A stretch of 64,000 nucleotides of DNA from Thermococcus sp. JdFR-02 (lineage in GTDB: Archaea; Methanobacteriota_B; Thermococci; Thermococcales; Thermococcaceae): assembly GCA_002009975.1 (NCBI GenBank), contig MTLP01000012.1:32001-96000 (forward strand), in the 5' to 3' direction. Within the stretch, counting starts at the first letter, position 1. Each line of letters opens with the position of its first letter. This document shows positions 50,820 to 60,413 of the stretch, piece by piece. The notes beneath the pieces are model-generated. The model saw nothing but the letters and a program-made list of their open reading frames with translations. It searched no databases and was not told the DNA's origin. The translations under genes and the position numbers were made by a program.

Positions 50820-51686
50820 ATGAAGATGATAAGAGCTTATAAACCTATCATGGTCAGTATTTTGGGCAATATATCTCTGTCAATATTGAAAATAGGTATT
50901 GGATTAGCTTATTCTAGTTTAGCTTTGATCTCCGATGGTGTTCATTCTCTTTCAGATGTCATAACAAGTATAATAGGCTTCTTTGGGATTAAGATTTCCT
51001 CAAAGCCACCAGACAAGAGCCATCCCTTTGGACATTCAAGATTTGAGCCTCTCTTTGCCATTGCTATTGGATTTGCTCTTTTGTTGGTGGCTTATGAGAT
51101 AGCCAGAGACTCAATCGGCAGGATGCTATTTAAGGAGGTTATATCCGTTAATGCTCTAATGCTTGCCGTTACTTTATTGTCAATTATAGCCAAAGAGGGA
51201 ATGACCCAATATACTTTAAAAATTGGAAAGGAGTTAAATAACCAAATATTAATTGCTGATGCCTATCATCATAGAAGTGATGTTTTAAGTAGTGTGGCGG
51301 TTTTATTTGGCTTATTGGCACAGAGATTTGGTTTTGCATATGGGGACTCTTTAGCAGGTTTTGTGGTGGCTTTATTCATAGCTAAAGTTGCAATTGAAAT
51401 TGTAATTCAAAACGTTAACTATCTAACCGGTTCTTCACCTCCTTTTGAAGTTTGTGAAAAAATAAAGGAAGTCGCTTTAAGCGTTGAGGGTGTCAAGGGG
51501 GTTCATGATTTAAAAGCTCATTACACCGGTCCAAAAATCCATGTTGAGCTTCATATTGAGGTTTCTCCAAATTTAACGCTCAAAGAGGCTCACGATATAA
51601 GCGAGGAGGTTAAAGAAAAGATTGAGGGTTTGGAGGAAGTTGAGAGAGCTTTTATCCATGTGGATATAAAAGGTGTCACAAAATAA
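50820..51686 (+). CDS. Cation diffusion facilitator (CDF) transporter
   Basis: SDGVHSLSD, PPD..HPFGH.RFE, DAYHHRSD and C-terminal IHVD. Confidence 0.92.
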   Translation: MKMIRAYKPIMVSILGNISLSILKIGIGLAYSSLALISDGVHSLSDVITSIIGFFGIKISSKPPDKSHPFGHSRFEPLFAIAIGFALLLVAYEIARDSIGRMLFKEVISVNALMLAVTLLSIIAKEGMTQYTLKIGKELNNQILIADAYHHRSDVLSSVAVLFGLLAQRFGFAYGDSLAGFVVALFIAKVAIEIVIQNVNYLTGSSPPFEVCEKIKEVALSVEGVKGVHDLKAHYTGPKIHVELHIEVSPNLTLKEAHDISEEVKEKIEGLEEVERAFIHVDIKGVTK

Positions 51687-52841
51687 TCAATGCTCACCTA
51701 AAATTTCTTTTAAGTCAATTAGAAAGTTCTCTAAATGCTCTTTCTTCACATGAGGCATCACGACAATTCTAATGTATCCTCTGTGTGCTGAAATTCCCCA
51801 ACCTCTCTTTTTAAGCTCTTTTTCAATCTTTTCTAACTCTTTAGTTCCAAAAGAAACAATATTAAGCATTGGTTCTCTGATAAGGTATGCTCCATCTAAA
51901 GTCTTTATCTGCTCTGCGAACCATCTTGAGAGTTCCATTGCTTCTTTGACAATCTTTTTATATCCTTCAAAGCCGAGATGCTTTAACAAAGCCCAAACTG
52001 CTATTGCATTTGCTCCAGGTCTTGTTCCTGTTATTGTTATGTGGGAAACTTTTCCTCCAGCTAAATAAGGTGCTGGAACACTAATTGAATCTACAAACTT
52101 CTTTTTCCTAAAAATTATCCCTCCAGCAGGAATAGGAGCCATGCCCATTTTATGTGGGTCAATTGTAATACTTTGCACACCTTTGAGCTTGAAATCGAAA
52201 TCTGGCAAATCATATCCTAAGACTTTTGCAAAGGGAATTACAAATCCCCCAAAAGCAGCATCAATGTGTAAGGGTATGCCATAATCTAAAGCCAAATCTG
52301 AAAGAGCTGGAATATCATCTACAACCCCTAATCCAGTCGTCCCGGCTATCCCAACTATCCCGATTGTGTTATCATTAATTTTACGCTCAACATCTTTCAC
52401 ATTTACGGAATAATCATCATTGAGTTCTGCCCACACCAATTTTACCCTTAATAAATCACTTGCTTTTAGAAAGGAGAAGTGGGCACTTTTTGGTAAAATC
52501 AACTCTGGTCTTTCAACATCGTTTATGTTTCTAAAAGCTCTTACAGCTAAGATATTTGCCTCACTTCCCCCAGAAACTATGCTCCCATAGGCTTTTTTTA
52601 AGTTCAAAAGCTCTCCAAGCATCTGAACGGCTTCTTTTTCGATTTCCCTACTTCCCTTATGTAAGCCAGGGTCTCCTAAATTCCTATCCATATATCTGCA
52701 GATTATTTTCTGAGCAAGAGAATGGGGGTAAGTGCACATTGAACCCAGAATTTTACCAGAATTGAAAGTTAAATCAACATTAAGTCTTTTTTCTAATTCA
52801 TTTAGGATTTCTTCTTCACTTGTGCCTTTTTTTGGTAGCAT
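51687..52841 (-). CDS. mfnA: PLP-dependent L-tyrosine/L-aspartate decarboxylase
   Basis: ILGSMCT.PH, NLGDPGL, HIDAAFGG, TIDPHK and GTRPG. Confidence 0.9.
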   Translation of the reverse strand: MLPKKGTSEEEILNELEKRLNVDLTFNSGKILGSMCTYPHSLAQKIICRYMDRNLGDPGLHKGSREIEKEAVQMLGELLNLKKAYGSIVSGGSEANILAVRAFRNINDVERPELILPKSAHFSFLKASDLLRVKLVWAELNDDYSVNVKDVERKINDNTIGIVGIAGTTGLGVVDDIPALSDLALDYGIPLHIDAAFGGFVIPFAKVLGYDLPDFDFKLKGVQSITIDPHKMGMAPIPAGGIIFRKKKFVDSISVPAPYLAGGKVSHITITGTRPGANAIAVWALLKHLGFEGYKKIVKEAMELSRWFAEQIKTLDGAYLIREPMLNIVSFGTKELEKIEKELKKRGWGISAHRGYIRIVVMPHVKKEHLENFLIDLKEILGEH

Positions 52842-52881
52842 TTTCTCACCTGCATAAAATTGTGCATTAGACGTTTAAGCT

Positions 52882-54060
52882 TTACTCTCTCCTAATTCTC
52901 TCTAAGTAGAGTCTGAAAAATTGTGGAGTAGTTATTGCTGTAAGCATTGAGACAATAACAATGCTTGCAAACAATGTTTGGTCTATTAGTCCCTTTTCAA
53001 GTCCAAATTTCAAAATTGCAAACTCTAGGCTTCCCCTGCCTCCCATTCCAATTCCTACCAATGTCGCTTTTTTCCAGTCAAAACCAAAAAACTTCATTCC
53101 TAAACTGCAACCAAAGAGCTTTCCAAGAACTGCTGCAGCATATAATAGGGCTATTAGAATTAAGCTTATCTCATTAAAGCTTGGATTGAACAGTAAGCCT
53201 ATGTATATGAAAAAGAGGGGAATGAAAAATTCTGTTAGCACAACCTGTAAATCTTCAATGAGTTCGTTTAGCTTTATTCTGCTTAACACTAGAGGGTCTT
53301 TTCTTTCTCTTAAACGGCTTATTGTAAGTCCAGCTAAATAAGCACCAATTATTTGGTGTAATCCAACTTCTTCAGCTATTATTGCCAAGAAAAAGGTCAA
53401 TATCAATGTGAAGGTGAAGAATATGTTCAGGTTTCTCACTATTCCATAAAACCATTTTGAACGCTTGAATACATATTCAGAAATAAACAACACGCTTATT
53501 ATGAAAAGAACAATTTTAACTGTCAATATTGCCAGAGGGAGTGCACTTAATTGTCCCTTTGCGAGAGCGGTGATTATGCCAATTAAGTAAACTGCTATTA
53601 TGTCATCTGCGAAGGCCGCTCCCATCAATATTGAGGATATTGCTCTCTCCACTCTCTCTTTCATTATAACTCCACTTGTGACCTCTATTGCAGTATTTCC
53701 TAGAGTTACTCCGACAAATATCGCTGCTGCTAAGCCTTTCCCAAAAGCCATTACGGTCAAAAAGCCAAATAAAAATGAAAAGGCTACACCAAAAAAGGCA
53801 ACTACAGTTGCTTTTACTTTATTTGTAGCTATTGCGGAGAAACTGCTTGTCAATCCCATATAGAGCATCATCATTATTAATCCAAATTCTGAAAGCACTT
53901 TTAGTTGCTCAGAGGGTGTTATAAATCCTATTATAAAAGGTCCAAGAATTATTCCGGTTAAAATATGGGCTATTATTGGGTGGACATCCTTCTTTTCAAA
54001 AAGCCATTCTAAACTCTTTGCTGAGAAGAGTAGAATTGAGAGATCTAGGATATATTTCAC
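52882..54060 (-). CDS. Cation:proton antiporter (CPA2/NapA-like)
   Basis: Multiple TMs, GIILGP, AA..DD and FFIP.FF.YIG. Confidence 0.85.
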   Translation of the reverse strand: MKYILDLSILLFSAKSLEWLFEKKDVHPIIAHILTGIILGPFIIGFITPSEQLKVLSEFGLIMMMLYMGLTSSFSAIATNKVKATVVAFFGVAFSFLFGFLTVMAFGKGLAAAIFVGVTLGNTAIEVTSGVIMKERVERAISSILMGAAFADDIIAVYLIGIITALAKGQLSALPLAILTVKIVLFIISVLFISEYVFKRSKWFYGIVRNLNIFFTFTLILTFFLAIIAEEVGLHQIIGAYLAGLTISRLRERKDPLVLSRIKLNELIEDLQVVLTEFFIPLFFIYIGLLFNPSFNEISLILIALLYAAAVLGKLFGCSLGMKFFGFDWKKATLVGIGMGGRGSLEFAILKFGLEKGLIDQTLFASIVIVSMLTAITTPQFFRLYLERIRRE

Positions 54061-54061
54061 G

Positions 54062-54310
54062 CTACACCCTCCTATTTAACAAAGCCATGAAAATCCAGAG
54101 GAGCATTAAGATTATTGCTAGGATCATTGCCAGAGTTGCGCCCCTCTGAGTTCCAAAGACTATTGGGATAGGACCTATCATTATTACTCCTCCGCTTTCG
54201 ACATCTGTCCCTTCACTCGAAACAGCACTTAGCATTGTTCCTAAGAACACGAGAAAGAATCCTATGAAAATTAATATGATCCCAGTAAAGATTAATATCT
54301 CCCCTCTCAT
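54062..54310 (-). CDS. DUF131 family membrane protein
   Basis: GGVIMIGPIPIVFG motif between two TMs. Confidence 0.85.
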   Translation of the reverse strand: MRGEILIFTGIILIFIGFFLVFLGTMLSAVSSEGTDVESGGVIMIGPIPIVFGTQRGATLAMILAIILMLLWIFMALLNRRV

Positions 54311-54411
54311 ACTTATCCCGTTTTAAAGTTTAAAGTATAAATCTTTTAAGCTTTTAGCCATTTTGAGCGAAGGATTAATTAAGCCTTCTTACCAAGAAGT
54401 TTGGGAGTAAA

Positions 54412-55104
54412 ATGTTGGTGTTAGTGGATTTGGATGACACACTGTGCAATACATGGGATGCAGGAAAGTATACCATAGTCCGCTTTTTACCTCACTTATT
54501 AAAAAAGCGAAAGTTTAAAGCTTTATTTTATATCCTAACAGCCAGATACAGGGAATTGGAACAATCAAGAGAGTTTTTAGTTTTAGACCTTGATAAGCTC
54601 TTGCAAAGAATCATGGAGAGAATTTACAAAGAAATTAAAAAGGAAGATTTGGAAGAGATGCTCAATCTGGTTGACAGAACATTTTTCTCCAATCTAAGGC
54701 TCTTTCCTGATGCAAAGCTCTTTTTAGAGGGATTAAAAAAAGAAGGAGCTAAAATAGTTTTAATTACTGATTCCTCATCGTATTGGCAGAGAAAAAAGCT
54801 TGAGGTTTTAGACATTAAGGACTATTTCGATGCTTTGATAATAAGTGGAGAGACAGGTCACAGCAAGCTTGAACCTTACAATTTTTTCCTTGCGAGAAGA
54901 TTATTCCCAAGGGAAGAGGAAATCTATATGGTTGGGGATAGGGATGACACTGACATGAAAGGTGGAAAAGCAATAGGCGCAACGACCATTTTAGTTAAAA
55001 GAGGCTATTTCAGGACGAGAAAGCCTAGGTATGCTGATTATGTTGTTAGAAACCTCAAAGAAGCTTTGGAGGTGATTAAGAGTGAGCATAAAAAGCGAGC
55101 TTAA
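54412..55104 (+). CDS. HAD-superfamily hydrolase
   Basis: DLDDTL motif I and VGDRDDTD.KGGK motif IV. Confidence 0.88.
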   Translation: MLVLVDLDDTLCNTWDAGKYTIVRFLPHLLKKRKFKALFYILTARYRELEQSREFLVLDLDKLLQRIMERIYKEIKKEDLEEMLNLVDRTFFSNLRLFPDAKLFLEGLKKEGAKIVLITDSSSYWQRKKLEVLDIKDYFDALIISGETGHSKLEPYNFFLARRLFPREEEIYMVGDRDDTDMKGGKAIGATTILVKRGYFRTRKPRYADYVVRNLKEALEVIKSEHKKRA

Positions 55105-55684
55105 AAGAAAAGCATTGCATTTAACTGGATTGTCTGTTCCGGTGATTTATCTCCTTTTTGATAGAAGAGTAACCTTGATTTTTGTATCTCTGGCTTTGAT
55201 AATTTTTATTATTCTCGAACCTTTCAGGATAGTCGAGGAACTTAGGGAGAAAATAAAAGCAAAATTGGGGATTTATGGTGAGCATATTGAAAGAATTGAG
55301 AGGGAGATAGTGAGAGAGCATGAGAGATACACGATTGGTGCTCATATTTATTTTACCGTTGCGGCTCTTTTGATAATCTGGTTTTTTCCAAAGGACATTG
55401 CAATAGGGTCAATAGCTGTTGCAACCCTTGGAGATGCAATTGCCGCTATAGTAGGTAAACCCTTTGGAAGGCATCGCTTTAGCAATGGAAAAAGTTTGGA
55501 AGGAAGTTTGTCTTACTTCATAATAGCCATCCTTATATTAATGCCTTTGATAGATTTGCCCCACGCAATAATTGGGGCATTGGCTGGAACATTAGCAGAA
55601 TTCTATGAATTACCGCCGGATGATAACTTTTCAAACCAGATAGCTGTGGCAATAACGCTCTATGTCTTTAGAATATTAAGCTAA
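55082..55684 (+). CDS. Polyprenol/phytol kinase-like membrane protein (CTP-transferase family)
   Basis: ELKRKALH, GDA.AA.VG..FG.H, KSLEGS and DDN. Confidence 0.82.
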   Translation: MSIKSELKRKALHLTGLSVPVIYLLFDRRVTLIFVSLALIIFIILEPFRIVEELREKIKAKLGIYGEHIERIEREIVREHERYTIGAHIYFTVAALLIIWFFPKDIAIGSIAVATLGDAIAAIVGKPFGRHRFSNGKSLEGSLSYFIIAILILMPLIDLPHAIIGALAGTLAEFYELPPDDNFSNQIAVAITLYVFRILS

Positions 55685-55701
55685 AGGAAAGAAAAGAAAA
55701 G

Positions 55702-58314
55702 TCAGCTAATTTCGACTTCGGCAAATACGGTTATTGTATCCTCATCTGTCCATTCTTGTCCTACATCGACGTCATGTATGCTTGGATTGTCTGGTAATGT
55801 CTCAACTGCTGAATCACCAGCACTTGCACCTGTTATCCATGCTACAATTGCAATCTTGCTTGGCTTTCCTCCCAGCATATCCCATGGAACTGCGATTTCT
55901 AAAGTTTGAAGTCCTTTTTCTTTTCCTGTCCATGTTGCAAAGCCTATATCTGCCAAGTTGTAGTACTCCCAACCTTCTCCGTTCCATACTGTTAGTTGCA
56001 TTGTTTCAATTGAATCGGTTCCTTTCTCACCAAAGAACTCTCCGAACCACCAGAAGTAAAGCTCATAGTCAATTCCTCTTGAGAAGCTTAATCTTCTTCC
56101 CCATGCATCAGCTCCAGTAGTATAGCCACCTTCTTTTGTATCTAAGGCGATTCCATAGGCAATTCTCCATGATGCCTTGTTTTCTGTCGTTAGAGCTATA
56201 TAAAGGAAGCTATCATCGTAGTCAACATATAAGGCTTTTAAGTTGGCTCCATCTTGTCCAAAGCCGGTTGTGTCTTCATAAACTAAAGTTTCTGGACTCC
56301 AATCGCTTAAATCTCCATCAATGGCTTTTGTTAATTTGGTTGCTAAGAGCTCTCCCTCAACGGCTTGCATGAATGCATTTATTTCTCTTTGAAGTCTTAT
56401 TAAGCTTGAATATGCTGAGAATATTTTCGTGGCTCCACTGAATTGTGAGTGTGCTTCACCTATTAAAGCTTCTCCTTTGCCAAACTTTTCTTTACTTAAA
56501 TTCAATTGTTCATAGAACCTTGTCAGGTTCTCTTGATACTTCAATGGTAGTTTAGCTTCAGAGATGCTCTTTAAGAGTGCTAATGTCTCTGCGTATTTCT
56601 TTTCATAAAGCTTTGGCCATACATAGGTGGCTAAATTAACGAAGTTTCTCTGTGCAATCTCTATCTTTCCAACTTCAACAGTTACAGTTGCTACATTGTT
56701 ATCTTCATTTGCTTCTTCGATTAAATTATCTGGATCCACAATTGCTTTGAATTCATAAGTTCCTGTGGCTGATGGTTTCCATTCATACGTAAGTACTTCG
56801 CTTCCTTTAGCTGTTACATTTACTGTCCAGGTTTTTATAATCTCATCATTTACTAGAAGTTGAACATCAACATTTTTTGCATCTATAATTCCATAGTTTT
56901 CTACAGTGATTGTCAGGTTGGTGGTTTCATACCTCTCAATTTCAAGTTTTGAAGCTTCTAACTTTACTGCAAGCTCTGGTTTGGGTATTGGGATTGAAAG
57001 GACAGCAAAATTGCTTAGATAGTCCTGATCAACCCAGTCATTTCCATCGATATCAGCATCTGCTGGGGTCACATCTACAGCTGAACTTCCATCTCCACCA
57101 GCAACCCATGCCATAATAGCCATTTCTGACGCCTTTCCTCCTAATGCATCCCATGGAATTCTAATTTCTAAGGTTTGAAGTCCATTATTGCCGCCAGTGT
57201 AGGCATATTCAAAACTTGCAAAATTATAATCCCAGCTTTCCCAATAATTATTTCCGATGTATCCATTGTACCTATTGAAGTTAGCTGAAGTTATAGCCTT
57301 ACTTCCTCCACTCCACCAGAAGTAGACCTCATAATCAACGCCTCTTGAAAAGCCTATTTTTCTTCCCCAAGAATCCTGATTTCCAGTATAACCACCATCT
57401 GTTACATCTATACCAATTCCATATGCTACATCCCAACTTTGTGTGTTGTTTGTTTCTAGGGCTATGTACAAATATTGATCGTCATAAGAAACATAGAGCT
57501 TATCCAAATCTGCACCTGCTTGTATAGACAAATTGCTTACTCCAACGACTTCATAGCTTGCCCAATCACTTAAGTTCCCATCAATGGTTTTTGGAGCGAT
57601 TATTATCTCAGCCAAGTTACTAAATGTATCATCGTCATTCCATTCTCCTGAACCATATCTCTCATTTACAACTTCATGCAAAGTTTGATCTTCGGGGAGT
57701 GAATCAACTGCAGAACTGTCATCTCCTCCAGCTATCCATGAGATTAAAGCTATTTTGTTGGGTTTGCCACCTAAAGCGGACCAAGGTATCTTAATCTCTA
57801 GTATTTGCAGACCATTTGAGGTGTCTCCGGTATAAGAAAATGATGCTCCAACATCCCCAAGGGATTTATAGTCCCATCCACTACCAGTCCATGCTATAAA
57901 GTTGTCTGCTGTTATTCCGCTTCCTCCATCCCACCAGAAGTAGACCTCATAGTCTGGATAATAGCCATTGAATGCAATGTGTCTTCCCCATGCATCGGTG
58001 GTTCCATCATACCCATTGGTCGTTCCAGGGTCAACATCAATTGCAAAACCATAAGCCAAGTTCCAGCTTTGTGTATTATCGGTTTTTATGGCAATGTAAA
58101 GATATTCATCATCCCAAGCAACATATAAATCTTTTAAATCTGCTCCGGGACCCCCACCAGGATAATCATTTGTGGCAATCAAATCGAGGGTTCCCCATTC
58201 GTTTAAGTTACCATCTGCAAACTTTGTTCCATATAGCCCCAATGTAAAATTCGTAGGTATTAGGCTCACTAAAAACACAAACAGTAATATACAAGTCTTT
58301 ACATTTCCTCTCAT
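55702..58314 (-). CDS. Secreted protein with three DOMON/CBM9-like repeats and a CARDB domain
   Basis: Signal peptide; three copies of (I/A)DG.L..W...GA.L..LYV..DD..LYIA...LQ.LEI..PW..LGG; CARDB VDPDNLIEEANEDNN. Confidence 0.8.
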   Translation of the reverse strand: MRGNVKTCILLFVFLVSLIPTNFTLGLYGTKFADGNLNEWGTLDLIATNDYPGGGPGADLKDLYVAWDDEYLYIAIKTDNTQSWNLAYGFAIDVDPGTTNGYDGTTDAWGRHIAFNGYYPDYEVYFWWDGGSGITADNFIAWTGSGWDYKSLGDVGASFSYTGDTSNGLQILEIKIPWSALGGKPNKIALISWIAGGDDSSAVDSLPEDQTLHEVVNERYGSGEWNDDDTFSNLAEIIIAPKTIDGNLSDWASYEVVGVSNLSIQAGADLDKLYVSYDDQYLYIALETNNTQSWDVAYGIGIDVTDGGYTGNQDSWGRKIGFSRGVDYEVYFWWSGGSKAITSANFNRYNGYIGNNYWESWDYNFASFEYAYTGGNNGLQTLEIRIPWDALGGKASEMAIMAWVAGGDGSSAVDVTPADADIDGNDWVDQDYLSNFAVLSIPIPKPELAVKLEASKLEIERYETTNLTITVENYGIIDAKNVDVQLLVNDEIIKTWTVNVTAKGSEVLTYEWKPSATGTYEFKAIVDPDNLIEEANEDNNVATVTVEVGKIEIAQRNFVNLATYVWPKLYEKKYAETLALLKSISEAKLPLKYQENLTRFYEQLNLSKEKFGKGEALIGEAHSQFSGATKIFSAYSSLIRLQREINAFMQAVEGELLATKLTKAIDGDLSDWSPETLVYEDTTGFGQDGANLKALYVDYDDSFLYIALTTENKASWRIAYGIALDTKEGGYTTGADAWGRRLSFSRGIDYELYFWWFGEFFGEKGTDSIETMQLTVWNGEGWEYYNLADIGFATWTGKEKGLQTLEIAVPWDMLGGKPSKIAIVAWITGASAGDSAVETLPDNPSIHDVDVGQEWTDEDTITVFAEVEIS

Positions 58315-58318
58315 GTGT

Positions 58319-58335
58319 AATCACCTCGGGTGATA
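58319..58335. promoter_or_regulatory. TGM overlapping the RBS of the 870-aa secreted protein
   Basis: AATCAC-CTCGG-GTGATA, one mismatch from consensus. Confidence 0.75.
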
Positions 58336-58388
58336 ATTGCTCACCCTTGTTGATATATAGGCATAAAATATTTATATATCTTTTTAAA

Positions 58389-58405
58389 TATCACTGTTAG
58401 TGATA
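58389..58405. promoter_or_regulatory. TGM of the 4-alpha-glucanotransferase gene
   Basis: Perfect TATCAC-TGTTA-GTGATA upstream of the RBS. Confidence 0.85.
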
Positions 58406-58426
58406 ATTTTAAATGGAGGTGCAGGA

Positions 58427-60409
58427 ATGGGAAAAATCAATTTCATCTTTGGCATCCATAATCATCAGCCGCTTGGAAACTTCGGTTGGGTCTTTGAAGA
58501 TGCCTATAATAACTCCTACAGACCATTCATGGAGATCCTTGAAGAGTTTCCTCAAATGAAAATGGCTGTTCACTTTAGCGGACCGCTTTTAGAATGGTTA
58601 GAAGAGAACAAACCTGACTATATTGATTTGCTTAAACGTTTGATTAAAAAAGGGCAGTTGGAGATTGTGGTTGCTGGCTTTTATGAGCCAGTTCTGGCAG
58701 CTATTCCTAAAGAAGATAGGCTTTTGCAGATTAAACTCCTTAAAGATTATGCTAAGAAGCTCGGATATGATGCAAAAGGCGTTTGGTTGACGGAAAGGGT
58801 TTGGCAGCCTGAATTAGTTAAAAGTTTAAGGCAAGCTGGTATAGAATATGTCGTCGTTGATGATTACCATTTCATGTCCGCTGGTTTAAGAAAGGAAGAC
58901 TTGTATTGGCCCTATTACACGGAGGATGGAGGGGAGGTAATAGCCGTTTTCCCAATTGATGAGAAGCTTAGATATTTAATCCCATTTAGACCTGTTGAAA
59001 AAACCATAAAATATCTTGAAAGTTTAATCGATAATGATCCTTCAAAATTAGCGGTTTTCCATGATGATGGAGAAAAATTTGGTGTTTGGCCCGGAACACA
59101 TGATTGGGTCTATAATAAGGGTTGGCTTAGGAAGTTTTTTGATGCAATAACGAGCAACGAGAAGATCAACTTAATGACTTATAGTGAATATCTCTCCCTT
59201 TATTCACCTAAGGGTTTGATTTATCTTCCAATTGCTTCCTATTTTGAAATGAGTGAATGGTCTCTCCCTGCTAATCAAGCAAAGCTCTTTGTTGAGTTTG
59301 TTGAGCAATTGAAAAAGGAAGGGAAGTTTGAGAAGTATAGGGTTTTTGTTAGGGGAGGAATCTGGAAGAACTTCTTCTACAAATATCCAGAATCAAACTT
59401 CATGCACAAGAGGATGCTCTATGTTAGCAAATTAGTTAGGAATATCGAAGAAGCACGCCTTTATATTTTAAAAGCCCAATGTAATGATGCTTACTGGCAT
59501 GGTGTCTTTGGCGGTGTTTACTTACCTCATTTGAGGAGAACAGTCTGGGAGAATTTGATAAAAGCCCAAAGCTTTGTTTCAAAGAATGGAGTTAAAATCT
59601 TTGACGTTGACTATGATGGAAGAAAAGAGATAATGATAGAAAATTCAGGATTTATAGCCACAATCAAGCCTCATTACGGTGGGAGCATCTTTGAGCTAAG
59701 CTCAAAGCACAAATTTGTCAATTATAACGATGTGTTGGCTAGAAGATGGGAGCATTATCATGAAGTCCAAGAAGCTGCAACTCCCGAAGAGGAGAGCAAT
59801 GAAGGTGTTGCAAGTATTCATGAGCTTGGAAAAAACATTCCAGAAGAAATAAAGCGTGAATTGGCATATGATTGGCAGTTAAGGGCTATTTTGCAGGATC
59901 ATTTCATTAAAGAAAGTGAAACTTTAGATAATTACCGCTTAGTTAGGTATCAAGAGCTTGGGGATTTCGTTAATCAGCCTTATGAGTTTGAGATTGATGG
60001 GAGAAGAATTAAGCTCTGGCGTGAAGGAGGAATTTATACTGAAGAAAAAATTCCAGCTAAGGTCGAAAAGACTATTGAGCTAACTCAAGATGGCTTTGTT
60101 GCAAAGTATAAAGTAAGCTTAGAAAAGCCGTATAAATCTCTCTTTGGCGTTGAGATAAATTTAGCGGTTCATAGCGTAATGGAAAGTCCAGGGGAGTTTG
60201 AAGCTGATAGAATTGAAGTTAATGACACATATGGAATTGGCAAAGTGGTTATAGAGACGAGCAGGAAGGTTAAGGTTTGGAAATTCCCAATTAAAACTCT
60301 CTCTCAATCAGAGAGTGGATGGGACTTCATACAGCAAGGGGTCAGCTATACTCTGCTTTTCCCAATTGAAAAGGAGCTTGAGTTTGAGATAAGGTTTAAG
60401 GAGATTTGA
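58427..60409 (+). CDS. 4-alpha-glucanotransferase (GH57)
   Basis: HNHQP, WLTERVW, FHDDGEKFG and AQCNDAYWHG. RBS GGAGGT precedes ATG 58427. Confidence 0.93.
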   Translation: MGKINFIFGIHNHQPLGNFGWVFEDAYNNSYRPFMEILEEFPQMKMAVHFSGPLLEWLEENKPDYIDLLKRLIKKGQLEIVVAGFYEPVLAAIPKEDRLLQIKLLKDYAKKLGYDAKGVWLTERVWQPELVKSLRQAGIEYVVVDDYHFMSAGLRKEDLYWPYYTEDGGEVIAVFPIDEKLRYLIPFRPVEKTIKYLESLIDNDPSKLAVFHDDGEKFGVWPGTHDWVYNKGWLRKFFDAITSNEKINLMTYSEYLSLYSPKGLIYLPIASYFEMSEWSLPANQAKLFVEFVEQLKKEGKFEKYRVFVRGGIWKNFFYKYPESNFMHKRMLYVSKLVRNIEEARLYILKAQCNDAYWHGVFGGVYLPHLRRTVWENLIKAQSFVSKNGVKIFDVDYDGRKEIMIENSGFIATIKPHYGGSIFELSSKHKFVNYNDVLARRWEHYHEVQEAATPEEESNEGVASIHELGKNIPEEIKRELAYDWQLRAILQDHFIKESETLDNYRLVRYQELGDFVNQPYEFEIDGRRIKLWREGGIYTEEKIPAKVEKTIELTQDGFVAKYKVSLEKPYKSLFGVEINLAVHSVMESPGEFEADRIEVNDTYGIGKVVIETSRKVKVWKFPIKTLSQSESGWDFIQQGVSYTLLFPIEKELEFEIRFKEI

Positions 60410-60413
60410 TTTT

